Positions 49,053 through 58,370 of a stretch of DNA of 64,000 nucleotides are shown here, in pieces. The notes under the pieces were generated by a model that did no database searches, was not told the DNA's origin, and was given only the letters and a program-made list of their open reading frames with translations. A program made the position numbers and the translations under genes. The stretch's first letter is position 1; each line of letters begins with the position of its first letter. The stretch is taken from positions 5,127-69,126 of the forward strand of contig JAZKAJ010000007.1 of NCBI GenBank assembly GCA_040389185.1, written 5' to 3'. The DNA comes from Patescibacteria group bacterium. Its GTDB lineage: Bacteria > Patescibacteriota > Minisyncoccia > Phycocordibacterales > CAIRYW01.

Positions 49053-50066
49053 TTATTTTGTTGTAAACGATCCCGCTTCTGATGTTGTCACATTACCACT
49101 CGCATCTGTACTTTGTACTTTGTAGAAATACTTTGTGCCAGATTTCAAACCACTTACTTTTAGGTCATGTACGTATCCGAGGTTTAACGATCCTGCATTA
49201 TCTGTTCCGTCTGTTCCAATACTCTCACTCTCACTTACCCATATTTTGCTGTTGGAAGCCTCATTAGTGATCCATATTACTCTTGCGTCACTAGTCCCCA
49301 CACTAATCACTGTGTTAAATAATATACTTGGAGCGCTTGTATCAACTGAAGATTCTGACTTGGTAGTAAAGCTGTTTATTCCACCCTGCTTAGTGTTTCC
49401 TGCCGCATCCTTTGCAGTAACTTCGAAGTAGTATTTTGTATTCGGATTCAATCCACTGAGCACTATCTTATGACTTGCTCCGAGAGATGTGTCGCTCAGT
49501 ACATTTGTACTTGCTTTAACATCATTTGCATTTGTTGCGTATCGGAGTTCACCTGTCGTTGAAGCGTTTGTATTCCAAGTTATTTCCGCTGTACTTGTTC
49601 CGATATTTGAGGCGGTAACATTTCTTACTACTACGAACGCATCAGGAGTGCTTGTTGCATGATTCCAATTGAACCAGTTTCCAAACCAGCTGTGCCACAA
49701 CCCATTAAACCATCCACCATTTTCACCCTTATCTTTGTCACCATTATCAGTTGAAGTGGCATAAGACTTGTCATGATCATCATTCCTATGTTCTGCGCTT
49801 ACAGTAGCCCCTATTCCCATATTTGCGCCATTATTGTGAGAAGCATTACCTATATGTGAATCAATTTTTGCTTCAATATTTGCGTTAGTTTTTAGATTTG
49901 GAACATTTCCATTACCGAGTAGTGCAACTTTCGAGTTTAGTAGATTCGCATTCGCAAACACTGGTACAAAAAACGAAAACATCAACACCGACAAAATTAG
50001 TTTATTTTTCATAGTATTATTTATTATCTTAATTTTAATATGTAAGAAAATCATTATAATCCTCAC
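49053..50066 (-). CDS. secreted protein with two fibronectin type III domains
   Basis: Signal peptide, His/Asn-rich low-complexity region, then two FN3-like repeats (...ITWNTNASTTGELRYATN...KYYFEVTAKDAAGN..., ...VIWITNEASNSKIWVSES...KYFYKVQSTDASGN...). Confidence 0.6.
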   Translation of the reverse strand: MRIIMIFLHIKIKIINNTMKNKLILSVLMFSFFVPVFANANLLNSKVALLGNGNVPNLKTNANIEAKIDSHIGNASHNNGANMGIGATVSAEHRNDDHDKSYATSTDNGDKDKGENGGWFNGLWHSWFGNWFNWNHATSTPDAFVVVRNVTASNIGTSTAEITWNTNASTTGELRYATNANDVKASTNVLSDTSLGASHKIVLSGLNPNTKYYFEVTAKDAAGNTKQGGINSFTTKSESSVDTSAPSILFNTVISVGTSDARVIWITNEASNSKIWVSESESIGTDGTDNAGSLNLGYVHDLKVSGLKSGTKYFYKVQSTDASGNVTTSEAGSFTTK

Positions 50067-50121
50067 CCTTCCTACAGTAGTGAAGACGAATCAGTTTTAA
50101 TACTATGACAATAGATAATTC

Positions 50122-51150
50122 TTATAGATGTATTCCAGGTAGGCTACCGCCTGCATCAGAATGTGTTTCAATGTGAACACTAGGTACATTAATGGTACCG
50201 TTATGACTTGATGAATCGGATGATTTAGTCTCTGTTTTGATTGTAGTCTTACTCTCATATCTTGTATTGAAGTCTGAAGAATCAACAGTGTCTTTTTTAG
50301 TTGAAGTTTCAGCTGTGGTAGATGCTGCTAGCATTGTCGTAGAAGCTTCATTTTCCACAATGGTTGTTGTTCCTTTATTTTCAGCAATTACTTCTTTGGG
50401 TTTTGAAAAAGCAGGTGCAAATACTGTTTTTGTTTCCACTTTTTTCTTTATATCATCCATACGAATATCATCAGATGGAGTAAGAAAAAGATCAAATTTT
50501 GCAATTACCTTACTTACCGTTTCTGCTAATCCCGAAGGAGAAGTATCCATTCTTTCTTGTGAACGCAAAGACCCAATAATCTTTTGGTGCTTATCAAGAT
50601 CTCCTCTAAATCTAGTAGCTTCTTCATTACTTGACCCTTTATCATCTTTTTGAAGATGTTCGAGTGTGACATTTGCCTGTACGGAATCTTCTTCAAATGA
50701 CTCTGCAAGATCCGTTTCCGTCTTTTGGTCAAGCTTTCCTTGCGTATACAACGCCTCGGCCTCTTCTAGTCGAGTATTAGCATTTAAGGTTAGCATTTTC
50801 ACCTTTTCTTTTTGATCTGTTGCAAAAGCGAGACCCACCTTCTCATTTAAGATCTTTACTGGATATAAAAGACTTCCAGGTAGTGCATTACTTGATGCAA
50901 AACTAATACCGCCCGTAAGCACTAACAAAAGTAATAGTGCCGACGGCACCATGAGTTTCTTATTATTAAAATAGTTTCCCACCCATTCGCTATACGACAC
51001 CCGTTTGTGTATTTGAAAACTACCACTTTCTTCAACAAGAGGATTGTCTTCTATATGCTTCAAGAGAGCATGCTTAATACTGTCTTTCTCATCGCTTGAA
51101 AGTGATATTCCTTTGGCTTTTTTTACTATATTCTTCAACCTAGTTCTCAT
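50122..51150 (-). CDS. putative anti-sigma factor (single-pass membrane protein co-transcribed with the ECF sigma factor)
   Basis: Overlaps the sigma gene stop by 11 nt. Cytoplasmic N-terminus, one TM helix (LMVPSALLLLLVLTGGISFA) and a Ser/Thr-rich extracytoplasmic domain. The role is inferred from context. Confidence 0.45.
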   Translation of the reverse strand: MRTRLKNIVKKAKGISLSSDEKDSIKHALLKHIEDNPLVEESGSFQIHKRVSYSEWVGNYFNNKKLMVPSALLLLLVLTGGISFASSNALPGSLLYPVKILNEKVGLAFATDQKEKVKMLTLNANTRLEEAEALYTQGKLDQKTETDLAESFEEDSVQANVTLEHLQKDDKGSSNEEATRFRGDLDKHQKIIGSLRSQERMDTSPSGLAETVSKVIAKFDLFLTPSDDIRMDDIKKKVETKTVFAPAFSKPKEVIAENKGTTTIVENEASTTMLAASTTAETSTKKDTVDSSDFNTRYESKTTIKTETKSSDSSSHNGTINVPSVHIETHSDAGGSLPGIHL

Positions 51151-51643
51151 GATTAAAAAGTTTTTTTATTTTTTTAATTGCTCTATGATACCGGACGGCT
51201 ACTGTATTTTCAGGTTCGCCCGTGATTTGAGATATTTCCCTGAAGCTTAGCTCCTGGACACACCTCATCATTATAACATCTTTAAATTCAACCGGAATTC
51301 TATCAAGAAGCCTGAATGCAAGAATGCTTTCAGAATGTTCTTCAATAGAAACTTCTACAGGGGCTGGCGGATCAAAATTTTCATCTTCACTTAGAGCATC
51401 AAGAGAGATAGCTTTCTTCTTTCGATAATAATCAATTATCAAATTCTTCATTGTTTGGTAGAAAAACGCCTTCAAATTCAATATCTGTCCTCCTCCTACA
51501 ACATAATTCCAAGTCTTCGTGAAAGTGTCTTGAAGTACATCTTTAGCGACTTCCCTGTCCCTAATATTAAAAAGACAGTGTCGAAAGAGGGCGTCGGCAT
51601 TTTCTTCATAGGCTCTTATAAAGTTGTTCTTTTGCTCTTCCAT
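51140..51643 (-). CDS. RNA polymerase sigma-70 factor, ECF subfamily
   Basis: Sigma-70 region 2 (...DVLQDTFTKTWNY...) and region 4 HTH (...LSFREISQITGEPENTVAVRYHRAIKKI...). Confidence 0.85.
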   Translation of the reverse strand: MEEQKNNFIRAYEENADALFRHCLFNIRDREVAKDVLQDTFTKTWNYVVGGGQILNLKAFFYQTMKNLIIDYYRKKKAISLDALSEDENFDPPAPVEVSIEEHSESILAFRLLDRIPVEFKDVIMMRCVQELSFREISQITGEPENTVAVRYHRAIKKIKKLFNHEN

Positions 51644-51730
51644 GGTAATTGACGATTAGGAATAATATTTCTGACAAAAAATCGCAATAAATGACTTAAA
51701 CCAGGGTGCGGGGTATTAAATCCTTTTGTT

Positions 51731-51856
51731 CAACTGCGACTCGGACGCTGTGTACGACTTTATCTTCTTACGAACGGAGTGAGTATTAGAAGATAAGAAG
51801 TACTCTTGTGGTGCGAGAGTACTCATCCACGCGCTTCTCGCTTGCTGAACCCAAAA
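51731..51856. repeat. Conserved intergenic motif copy 2 (with an about 60-nt internal insertion), 88 nt upstream of the ECF sigma factor start
   Basis: CAACUGCGACUCGGACGCUGUGUACGA...GAGAGUACUCAUCCACGCGCUUCUCGCUUGCUG matches 44786-44845. Confidence 0.5.
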
Positions 51857-51992
51857 ACACTTAAACCCAATCGGGGATGTTTATTATATAAATCGAAGAA
51901 AATTTGTAAAGATAAGTTATCCACTCCGTCTTCTAATATGTAAATACAGTTAAAAAGGCGGAATTTATCGATTAATCTAACTTAAAACTAAT

Positions 51993-52094
51993 ATGAATAA
52001 TCTAAAAAATACACTTTATAAAAGTCTGCGAATTGCAGAGATCGGGGGCCTGGCTCTTGTTATGATCATTGCATCTATACCGGCTCCACATTAA
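51993..52094 (+). CDS. possible 33-aa hydrophobic peptide (MNNLKNTLYKSLRIAEIGGLALVMIIASIPAPH)
   Basis: Short ORF ending immediately before the family-1 terminator T1d on the same strand. Speculative. Confidence 0.2.
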   Translation: MNNLKNTLYKSLRIAEIGGLALVMIIASIPAPH

Positions 52095-52139
52095 AAAACA
52101 AAAAGCACCGCGGCTACGCCGCGGTGCTTTTTGTTTTTT
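52093..52139. terminator. Family-1 conserved bidirectional terminator (T1d): AAAAAGCACCGCGG-CUAC-GCCGCGGUGCUUUUUGUUUUUU
   Basis: Canonical copy with a perfect stem and long A/T flanks, 3 nt beyond the DEAD-box helicase stop. Confidence 0.7.
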
Positions 52140-52141
52140 GA

Positions 52142-53557
52142 TTAATCTACGAAAGTCAGAGCCTTCCCCTTCGCACCTCCTCGTCCTGTTCGTCCTATTC
52201 GGTGAACATAGTCTTCGTAAGTTTCAGGGAGATCATAGTTGATCACGTGAGTCACATTCGGAATATCAAGTCCTCTTGCTGCAACGTCGGTTGCCACCAA
52301 AATCTGAACACTGTTATCTTTGAATGCCTTAAGAGCTCTCTGTCGTCTTCCGTGATTCTTGTCACCGTGAATAGACTCGGCCTTAAACCCTTTTTGAGTA
52401 AGAGTATCCATGAGCTTTTCAACCCCATGTTTTGTTCGTCCAAAGATAAGCACCTTTGAAAAATCTTTACCATTCAATAGATCATGGAGTACTTCGATCT
52501 TAACCTGATCTCGCTCAACTCGCACAACATCCTGATCAACTGATTTTGATGTGTCCCCAGTTTTTACAGAGATACTGATAGGATTCTTCAAGAAATCTTT
52601 AATGAGCACCTCGATATCTCGTGACATTGTCGCAGAGAAAAAGAGAGTATGTCGTTCTGCTGGCATAAGTCCCATCACATATTTCATATCTGCGATGAAT
52701 CCCATATCAAGCATTCGATCAGCCTCATCAAGAACAACTGTCGCGAATTCTCCGAAGTTAATACTTCGTCTTCGTTCAAGGTCCTTGAGTCGTCCTGGAG
52801 TTCCGATGATAAAGTTGTTGTGATACCTGAGGTCTCGCATTTGCATGCTGATTGGTGCACCACCAACTGCACAGACAGAATAGATCTTCATTCCTGGAGT
52901 AAGATCTTTTAATTCTTGGTCAATCTGAATCGCAAGTTCTCGAGTTGGCACCATAATGAGACAATTCTGCTTTGGATCTAGAATTACTTTATTGATCAAA
53001 GGAATTAAAAATGCTGCAGTCTTACCTGTTCCTGTGTTTGCAATACCAACAACATCCTGACCTTTGAGTACATGAGGAATTGCCTTGTCCTGAATAGGAG
53101 TTGGAGTTGTATATCCTTTTTTGAGAACATTGGCTTTTAGTTTTTCTTCAATTTTGAAATCAGCAAAGAGGTGTTCTGGTTTGAAGACTTCTTGTACTTC
53201 AGTTACAACAGCTTTGTTGATGAATCGTGAGACATCGATTCGAGGTCCTTTTGATCGGAATCCTCCTCGTCCTCCTCCTCGATTACCACCACCAAACCCA
53301 CCACGACTTCCGCCACGGAATCCTCCACCCTGTGGTCGTCCATAACCACCACGACTTCCATCAAATCGGCTCTCACTTGCACCTCTACTAAATCCACCCG
53401 CAGATCGTGTAGGAGCACTGAAAGACCGAGCTGGTCCAGTAGATGCTGGTGCTCTATGACTTGTAAATCCGCCTGCACGAGGACTTGGACTTCTTTGTCC
53501 AAATCTAGATGCACCTGCTCCTCTAGGAGCTCCTCCTGTTTTGTTATACATAAACAA
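52142..53557 (-). CDS. DEAD-box ATP-dependent RNA helicase with an about 100-aa N-terminal Arg/Gly-rich (RGG) disordered extension
   Basis: Q-motif, Walker A (ANTGTGKT), DEAD (VLDEADRMLDMGF), SAT, and motif VI (HRIGRTGRGG). The N-terminus is rich in GGFRGGSRGGFGGGNRGGGRGG. Confidence 0.9.
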   Translation of the reverse strand: MFMYNKTGGAPRGAGASRFGQRSPSPRAGGFTSHRAPASTGPARSFSAPTRSAGGFSRGASESRFDGSRGGYGRPQGGGFRGGSRGGFGGGNRGGGRGGFRSKGPRIDVSRFINKAVVTEVQEVFKPEHLFADFKIEEKLKANVLKKGYTTPTPIQDKAIPHVLKGQDVVGIANTGTGKTAAFLIPLINKVILDPKQNCLIMVPTRELAIQIDQELKDLTPGMKIYSVCAVGGAPISMQMRDLRYHNNFIIGTPGRLKDLERRRSINFGEFATVVLDEADRMLDMGFIADMKYVMGLMPAERHTLFFSATMSRDIEVLIKDFLKNPISISVKTGDTSKSVDQDVVRVERDQVKIEVLHDLLNGKDFSKVLIFGRTKHGVEKLMDTLTQKGFKAESIHGDKNHGRRQRALKAFKDNSVQILVATDVAARGLDIPNVTHVINYDLPETYEDYVHRIGRTGRGGAKGKALTFVD

Positions 53558-53910
53558 TAAAGGGATATTAATCCCATGAATTAGAAAAGCAAAAATATTA
53601 AAATGTGAATAAAATTCACAGCTTTTGCTTTATTTAGACCCTAGCTAGTTCTATATAATTTGGGTCACCAAGCGTTCGAATGCTTTGGAAATGACTCCCA
53701 AAATTACATTCATAGAATGAGGATGAGATTCACTTGAAATACAGTATATATTATATGAGTATTTTGTCAAGGATTACGATTGACTTTTGAGCTTATTTGT
53801 GACATTATTTACATATTCGAGCTCTTTAAAAAGATTGGTTTGACTATGTTTTTCAGTACACCTAGTTAAGTAGGTATTTTGAAAGGCATAGTTAACAAAG
53901 GACCAAATAT

Positions 53911-54201
53911 ATGGATTACATCCCAGTAGCAAAAAAAATAATGCGAGAGATCGTGCGAGTCAAAAAAAACACTCAATCGATTGAAATTGAAATTGGACCA
54001 GGACTGGAGATCTTGGGTACAGTTGTTGGAATGGATGAGCCTATTGATATTGCATCAACTCACGACCATCTAATGGATCACCAGCTTGAGGAGTTGGTGC
54101 GCCTAATCTTTGAACTTTTGACCAACGACACTCCATTCGTGACCCAAATCTTGGTCACTGAAAAAATCTGTCGTCGAAAGTGGGGGAAAAAACAATCTTA
54201 A
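53911..54201 (+). CDS. hypothetical protein (96 aa)
   Basis: ORF followed by a plus-strand terminator at 54210-54252 (CCGCACCU...AGGUGCGG + U-run). Confidence 0.4.
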   Translation: MDYIPVAKKIMREIVRVKKNTQSIEIEIGPGLEILGTVVGMDEPIDIASTHDHLMDHQLEELVRLIFELLTNDTPFVTQILVTEKICRRKWGKKQS

Positions 54202-54209
54202 CCCTTCCG

Positions 54210-54252
54210 ACCCGCACCTGAACAGCCATGTTAGGTGCGGCGAAGTTTTTTA
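54210..54252 (+). terminator. Rho-independent terminator CCGCACCUGAACAGCCAUGUUAGGUGCGG + UUUUUU
   Basis: 8-bp stem, then T-run after a short spacer. Confidence 0.5.
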
Positions 54253-54281
54253 TAATGTAAAGTCAAAGTATAATTTAAATA

Positions 54282-55583
54282 ATGAATCCAAACGAAAATA
54301 AAACTAAATCAAAAATCTGGGATGTCATCGTCATTGGTGGCGGTCCTGCTGGAATGATGTCAGCAATACAAGCCAAGAAAAATGGTCTTGATGTTTTACT
54401 TTTGGAAAAAAATTCTCGTCTCGGTGAAAAACTCCTCATCACCGGAGGAGGCAGATGCAACGTCACAAACGAAGAATACGACAACAAAAAAATCCTTGCG
54501 AAATACAAAGGAGCGGAGCATTATCTCTACTCCCCTTTTTCACAGTTCACAGTCAAAGACACTCTCGACTTTTTCCACTTGCGAAAAATGCCTACCAAAA
54601 CAGAAGCTCTCCAAAGAGTATTCCCTGCAACAAGCAGAGCAGAATCTGTCTGGAATGTACTCATTGAAGAATTAAAGAAAAGCAAAATAGAAATTCTTTC
54701 TAATTCCGAAGTAAAAGGTTTCATAAAAGAAGAATCTTCCCTAGACGTTGGACGTCTAGGGAAGATAATCGGAGTTAAAATGCGAGGAGATAATATTATC
54801 CAGGCCAAAAACTTTATCTTGGCTACTGGGGGCAAATCACGCCCTGAGACAGGCTCAACTGGTGATGGATTCAAATGGCTTAAAGATTTGGGACACAAAG
54901 TAGCAGAACCTTCAGCTTCCCTAGTGCCAATTGCCATAAAAGACGACAAGGAGAATAATTGGTTCAAATTACTTCAAGGTATCACTCTTTCAGAAGTAAA
55001 GATCACGACAGTCCAATTCGACAAAAAACAAAAAGTATCGAAAGGTAAAATTCTCTTTACTCACTTTGGAATAACGGGTCCAACAATTCTTAATATGAGT
55101 AAAAGTATCGGCGAACTCCTCTCATATGGAGATGTGTTTATTGTCCTCGACCTCCTCCCTACTCTTGATCACGGAATGCTTAACAAAAAACTCCAGGAAA
55201 TATTTGCTCGAGAACATAACAAAAAAATCAAGAATTCTCTTGATGAATTATTTGTAAGTACACTCGCGCCAATAGTCTTAGAAAAATCAGGTATAGATAT
55301 CGATAAAAAGTGTAACAGTGTTACAAAGGAAGAACGAATGAAACTCATCGAAACCGCAAAGAACATGAAGCTCGAGGTCGAAGAACTTCTCGGAACTGAT
55401 AAAGCAATTATCACTTCAGGAGGAGTAGATCTTAAAGAAGTAGATACCAAGACAATGCGATCAATACTTTTTCCTAACCTCTATCTCGTCGGTGATATTT
55501 TGAATATTGATAGACCATCTGGCGGATACTCGCTTCAGCTTTGTTGGACTACAGGATTTGTTGCAGGAAATAATATAAAGTAA
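54282..55583 (+). CDS. NAD(P)/FAD-dependent oxidoreductase, HI0933/BaiN-like flavoprotein family
   Basis: N-terminal DVIVIGGGPAGMMSA...GGGRCNVTN and the C-terminal ...TSGGVDLKEVD... region are diagnostic of the HI0933-like family. Confidence 0.85.
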   Translation: MNPNENKTKSKIWDVIVIGGGPAGMMSAIQAKKNGLDVLLLEKNSRLGEKLLITGGGRCNVTNEEYDNKKILAKYKGAEHYLYSPFSQFTVKDTLDFFHLRKMPTKTEALQRVFPATSRAESVWNVLIEELKKSKIEILSNSEVKGFIKEESSLDVGRLGKIIGVKMRGDNIIQAKNFILATGGKSRPETGSTGDGFKWLKDLGHKVAEPSASLVPIAIKDDKENNWFKLLQGITLSEVKITTVQFDKKQKVSKGKILFTHFGITGPTILNMSKSIGELLSYGDVFIVLDLLPTLDHGMLNKKLQEIFAREHNKKIKNSLDELFVSTLAPIVLEKSGIDIDKKCNSVTKEERMKLIETAKNMKLEVEELLGTDKAIITSGGVDLKEVDTKTMRSILFPNLYLVGDILNIDRPSGGYSLQLCWTTGFVAGNNIK

Positions 55584-55596
55584 TTTGAAAAATAAT

Positions 55597-55631
55597 GAAA
55601 ATGCACCGCGGCTACGCCGCGGTGCATTTTA
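55597..55631. terminator. Family-1 conserved bidirectional terminator (T1e): AAAAUGCACCGCGG-CUAC-GCCGCGGUGCAUUUU
   Basis: Perfect hairpin between convergent genes (oxidoreductase + / surface protein -). Confidence 0.65.
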
Positions 55632-55647
55632 CTTTATTGTTCAGGGC

Positions 55648-56928
55648 TTAATTATTAGTAACAATGACCGTTGAACTTACACTCGCACTTGCTTTGCCCG
55701 AATTTGTAACAATGAATCGAGGAGTATATGTGCCTGGCGAATTATATGTGTGAGTAAATGTCGTTGTTTGAAACACTGTCGAAGCATTTGAAGCGACTGT
55801 CGCATTTGAATTATTTATTTCATCACCCCAGACAACAGAATAACCATATGTCCCTATCGCTTGAGCAGCTGTTTGAATCACCCATGTACCCTGCTCTCCC
55901 ACACGCAAGCTATTTGGTGCATCGATACCAATAATTTGCGGACCGTTATTTGAGTCACTTATAACAGTAAATATTTTACTGTTACTTTCTGCAGTATCTA
56001 CATTCTTTATTGAGACCACATAATCTCCAGGAGTTACCTGTCGAGCAAGCATTGAACAAAACATATTAGGTGCGCAATAATTGCCAATATATTTAGGAAC
56101 CGTAAATGTGAGCCGTGTACCATTTTGTGATACCTCTCCATTATATATGGCACCATTACCAAACTTGATTATATTAATATTTGCAAATCCACTTCCGAAT
56201 AGTGTTACAACAGTTCCTGTTGAACCTTGTGCGGGTGTTATCGAATCGATATATGGATTTAAAGTATTTTGTGAAGTAACAGTAAAATTCAAACTATTAC
56301 TTGTACCATTGACATTCTTAACTTGCACAGAATAATCGCCTGGTGTTGTTTTTTGAGAAGCGGCAAATGTCAAACAAGGAGGGTTTGAATAGTAACAAAG
56401 TGGACTCAAATAATCTGGCACCATAAATGAGACTTTGGTACCATTATCCCATGCTTTTGCATGCACTAATGCCCCGTTTCCAAAGAGAATCGTATTATCC
56501 GTTGTAAAGTCTGAACCCGTTATCACAACCTCAGTTCCAACAACTCCTGATTGAGGAGACAATGAGTATATCTGAAGATTATTTGTTACGGTTCCACAAG
56601 ATATCCGCCCAATCTCAGCACGAGTCAAAGGGCCAACAAATCCAGTTGTTATAATACCGTGGTCTCGTTGAAAATTACGAACTGCATCCATGGTTACTAC
56701 ACCAAAATATCCTGTAGTAACAACATGGAAATAACCTGTGGTTGATAAGTAAGACTGTAATTTAGTCACTTCTCCACCAGTTCGCACATCACTTAAACCA
56801 AGATGGAGGTCATTAGACAATTGTATACAAGAAGAGGTTGGTGCAACACTCTCAGCTTGGGTCACAAACGCTGTAGAAAATGCAAAAACAAAAACACTTA
56901 AAAAAGTAAAGATTTTATTGGTATTCAT
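55648..56928 (-). CDS. secreted surface protein: N-terminal peptidoglycan-binding domain, two IPT/TIG-like domains, C-terminal PKD-like domain
   Basis: Signal peptide. ...VTKLQSYLSTTGYF...GYFGVVTMDAVRNFQRDHGI... fits PG_binding_1. Repeated ...SPQSGVVGTEVVITGSDF... / ...ITPAQGSTGTVVTLFGSGF... IPT-like units. ...TYTPRFIVTN... is PKD-like. Confidence 0.55.
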   Translation of the reverse strand: MNTNKIFTFLSVFVFAFSTAFVTQAESVAPTSSCIQLSNDLHLGLSDVRTGGEVTKLQSYLSTTGYFHVVTTGYFGVVTMDAVRNFQRDHGIITTGFVGPLTRAEIGRISCGTVTNNLQIYSLSPQSGVVGTEVVITGSDFTTDNTILFGNGALVHAKAWDNGTKVSFMVPDYLSPLCYYSNPPCLTFAASQKTTPGDYSVQVKNVNGTSNSLNFTVTSQNTLNPYIDSITPAQGSTGTVVTLFGSGFANINIIKFGNGAIYNGEVSQNGTRLTFTVPKYIGNYCAPNMFCSMLARQVTPGDYVVSIKNVDTAESNSKIFTVISDSNNGPQIIGIDAPNSLRVGEQGTWVIQTAAQAIGTYGYSVVWGDEINNSNATVASNASTVFQTTTFTHTYNSPGTYTPRFIVTNSGKASASVSSTVIVTNN

Positions 56929-57042
56929 ATTATTTTGAAAATATTAGATGTTATATTAGATGCCCTAGTGTGTAAGACGGGTGCATGAGGTTTTGGTGAC
57001 AACGCGAGGTTCATTACCGTAAATTCACCACAAGAAAATAGT

Positions 57043-57642
57043 TTACATAAAATTTCTATCTTTCAGATATGAAACAAAACTGTCTACATTTGTATATTCA
57101 TACCCTTGTATCCCCAAATCTTCTGCGGCTTTCACATTCACTTCATTATCATCAACAAAAATTGATTCTTCTGGCTTTGAATCTATAAAATCAAGAGTGT
57201 AGAGGTAAATCTCCGGGTCTGGTTTTAACATCTTGACTTCTGATGAAATAACTATTTTATCAAATAATTCTTTGAATTCAGGATAATCCCTGTACACTTT
57301 TCTGTTAAATATGGAATTGTTCGCATTCGAGAGCAGAGCAATTTTATATCCTTTTGATTTGAGTTTCTGTGCAACTTCAACCAATTGATTGTCTAATATA
57401 CAAAATTGATCGATCTCATCTAATATTTCTTGTTTCGTAGACTTGACCCAGGGATGACTTAAAAGATAATCAAGAAAATCATCTTCGGATAAATTACCAA
57501 GATCACTTTCCCTCACAATACTCATAAAGTCAGGATCAGAATGTCCAGTACTTGAAATGTTCTTTGCATACCACAGAGAAAGTGGTGGTGTGAGAAATAC
57601 CTTGAAACAATCAAATATAAAAGTGGTAATATGTTTATCCAT
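57043..57642 (-). CDS. HAD-superfamily hydrolase-like protein (degenerate motif I)
   Basis: Motif II/III/IV contexts (ALLSNAN, KPDPEIY, FVDDNEVNVKAAEDLG), but motif I reads FIFDCF rather than DxDGT. Confidence 0.5.
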   Translation of the reverse strand: MDKHITTFIFDCFKVFLTPPLSLWYAKNISSTGHSDPDFMSIVRESDLGNLSEDDFLDYLLSHPWVKSTKQEILDEIDQFCILDNQLVEVAQKLKSKGYKIALLSNANNSIFNRKVYRDYPEFKELFDKIVISSEVKMLKPDPEIYLYTLDFIDSKPEESIFVDDNEVNVKAAEDLGIQGYEYTNVDSFVSYLKDRNFM

Positions 57643-57643
57643 A

Positions 57644-58306
57644 TTAAATTTGGTCTGAATAGATAAATACTTCAGGGATTTCTTTCAGAATATTTGCAGG
57701 TTTTTCTTTTAGTGGAGCCGAGTTTTCTTTGAGTTCAGAAATTACACCCTGCTTTGATTCTCCAAAAATAAAAACAAATGCTTTATTGATTTTTCGAATT
57801 GCTTCAAAAGATAAAGTGATTCTTTTGTAGGGTTCTCTAATATATGAAGACACTAGGTTAGTCTCATGAGTAGCAGGACTTTCTGGCAAGATTCCGGCAA
57901 TATGAAGATCAGATCCAATACCGAATTGAGAAATGACCATATCATTTTCTGCAAAGGCATTTGAAAGATTGCTCTCAAAATCATTTGTGGTCTGTTTAAA
58001 ATCCTTATTAGTTAGCACCGGAATCACATTTACAACTCCGAAATCAAAACCTGCTTCAATGAGTTTTTTCCAGCTTGAATCAGCATGCCCAACTTCCCCA
58101 TATCGCTCATCAGTTAAAGTGACGGTAATCTTTTTAAGATCTACAATGGAATTTTTAAGAATTTGAAGTGTATCAACACAAGATTGAATACTCGATCCCC
58201 CAGTCAAAAACCAAAGTACTTTTTTACCCTGATTTAATTCGAGAGCAATAGCCTCTGCTAAATTCTTAGAACCTTTTTTATAATCTTCTGATTTTATGTA
58301 TTGCAT
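57644..58306 (-). CDS. pgl: 6-phosphogluconolactonase (NagB/RpiA superfamily)
   Basis: ...VLWFLTGGSS...TLTDERYGEVGHADSSW... pattern of Pgl/DevB. Operon context with zwf and gnd. Confidence 0.7.
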   Translation of the reverse strand: MQYIKSEDYKKGSKNLAEAIALELNQGKKVLWFLTGGSSIQSCVDTLQILKNSIVDLKKITVTLTDERYGEVGHADSSWKKLIEAGFDFGVVNVIPVLTNKDFKQTTNDFESNLSNAFAENDMVISQFGIGSDLHIAGILPESPATHETNLVSSYIREPYKRITLSFEAIRKINKAFVFIFGESKQGVISELKENSAPLKEKPANILKEIPEVFIYSDQI

Positions 58307-58313
58307 GTTACTT

Positions 58314-58355
58314 CAATTTGTAATTTTTTCTACGGCCGTAGAAAAAATTACAAAT
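58314..58355. repeat. 42-nt perfect palindrome AATTTGTAATTTTTTCTACGG|CCGTAGAAAAAATTACAAATT between gnd and pgl
   Basis: 21-bp perfect inverted arms read directly from the sequence. Confidence 0.6.
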
Positions 58356-58370
58356 TTTATTATTTACACT

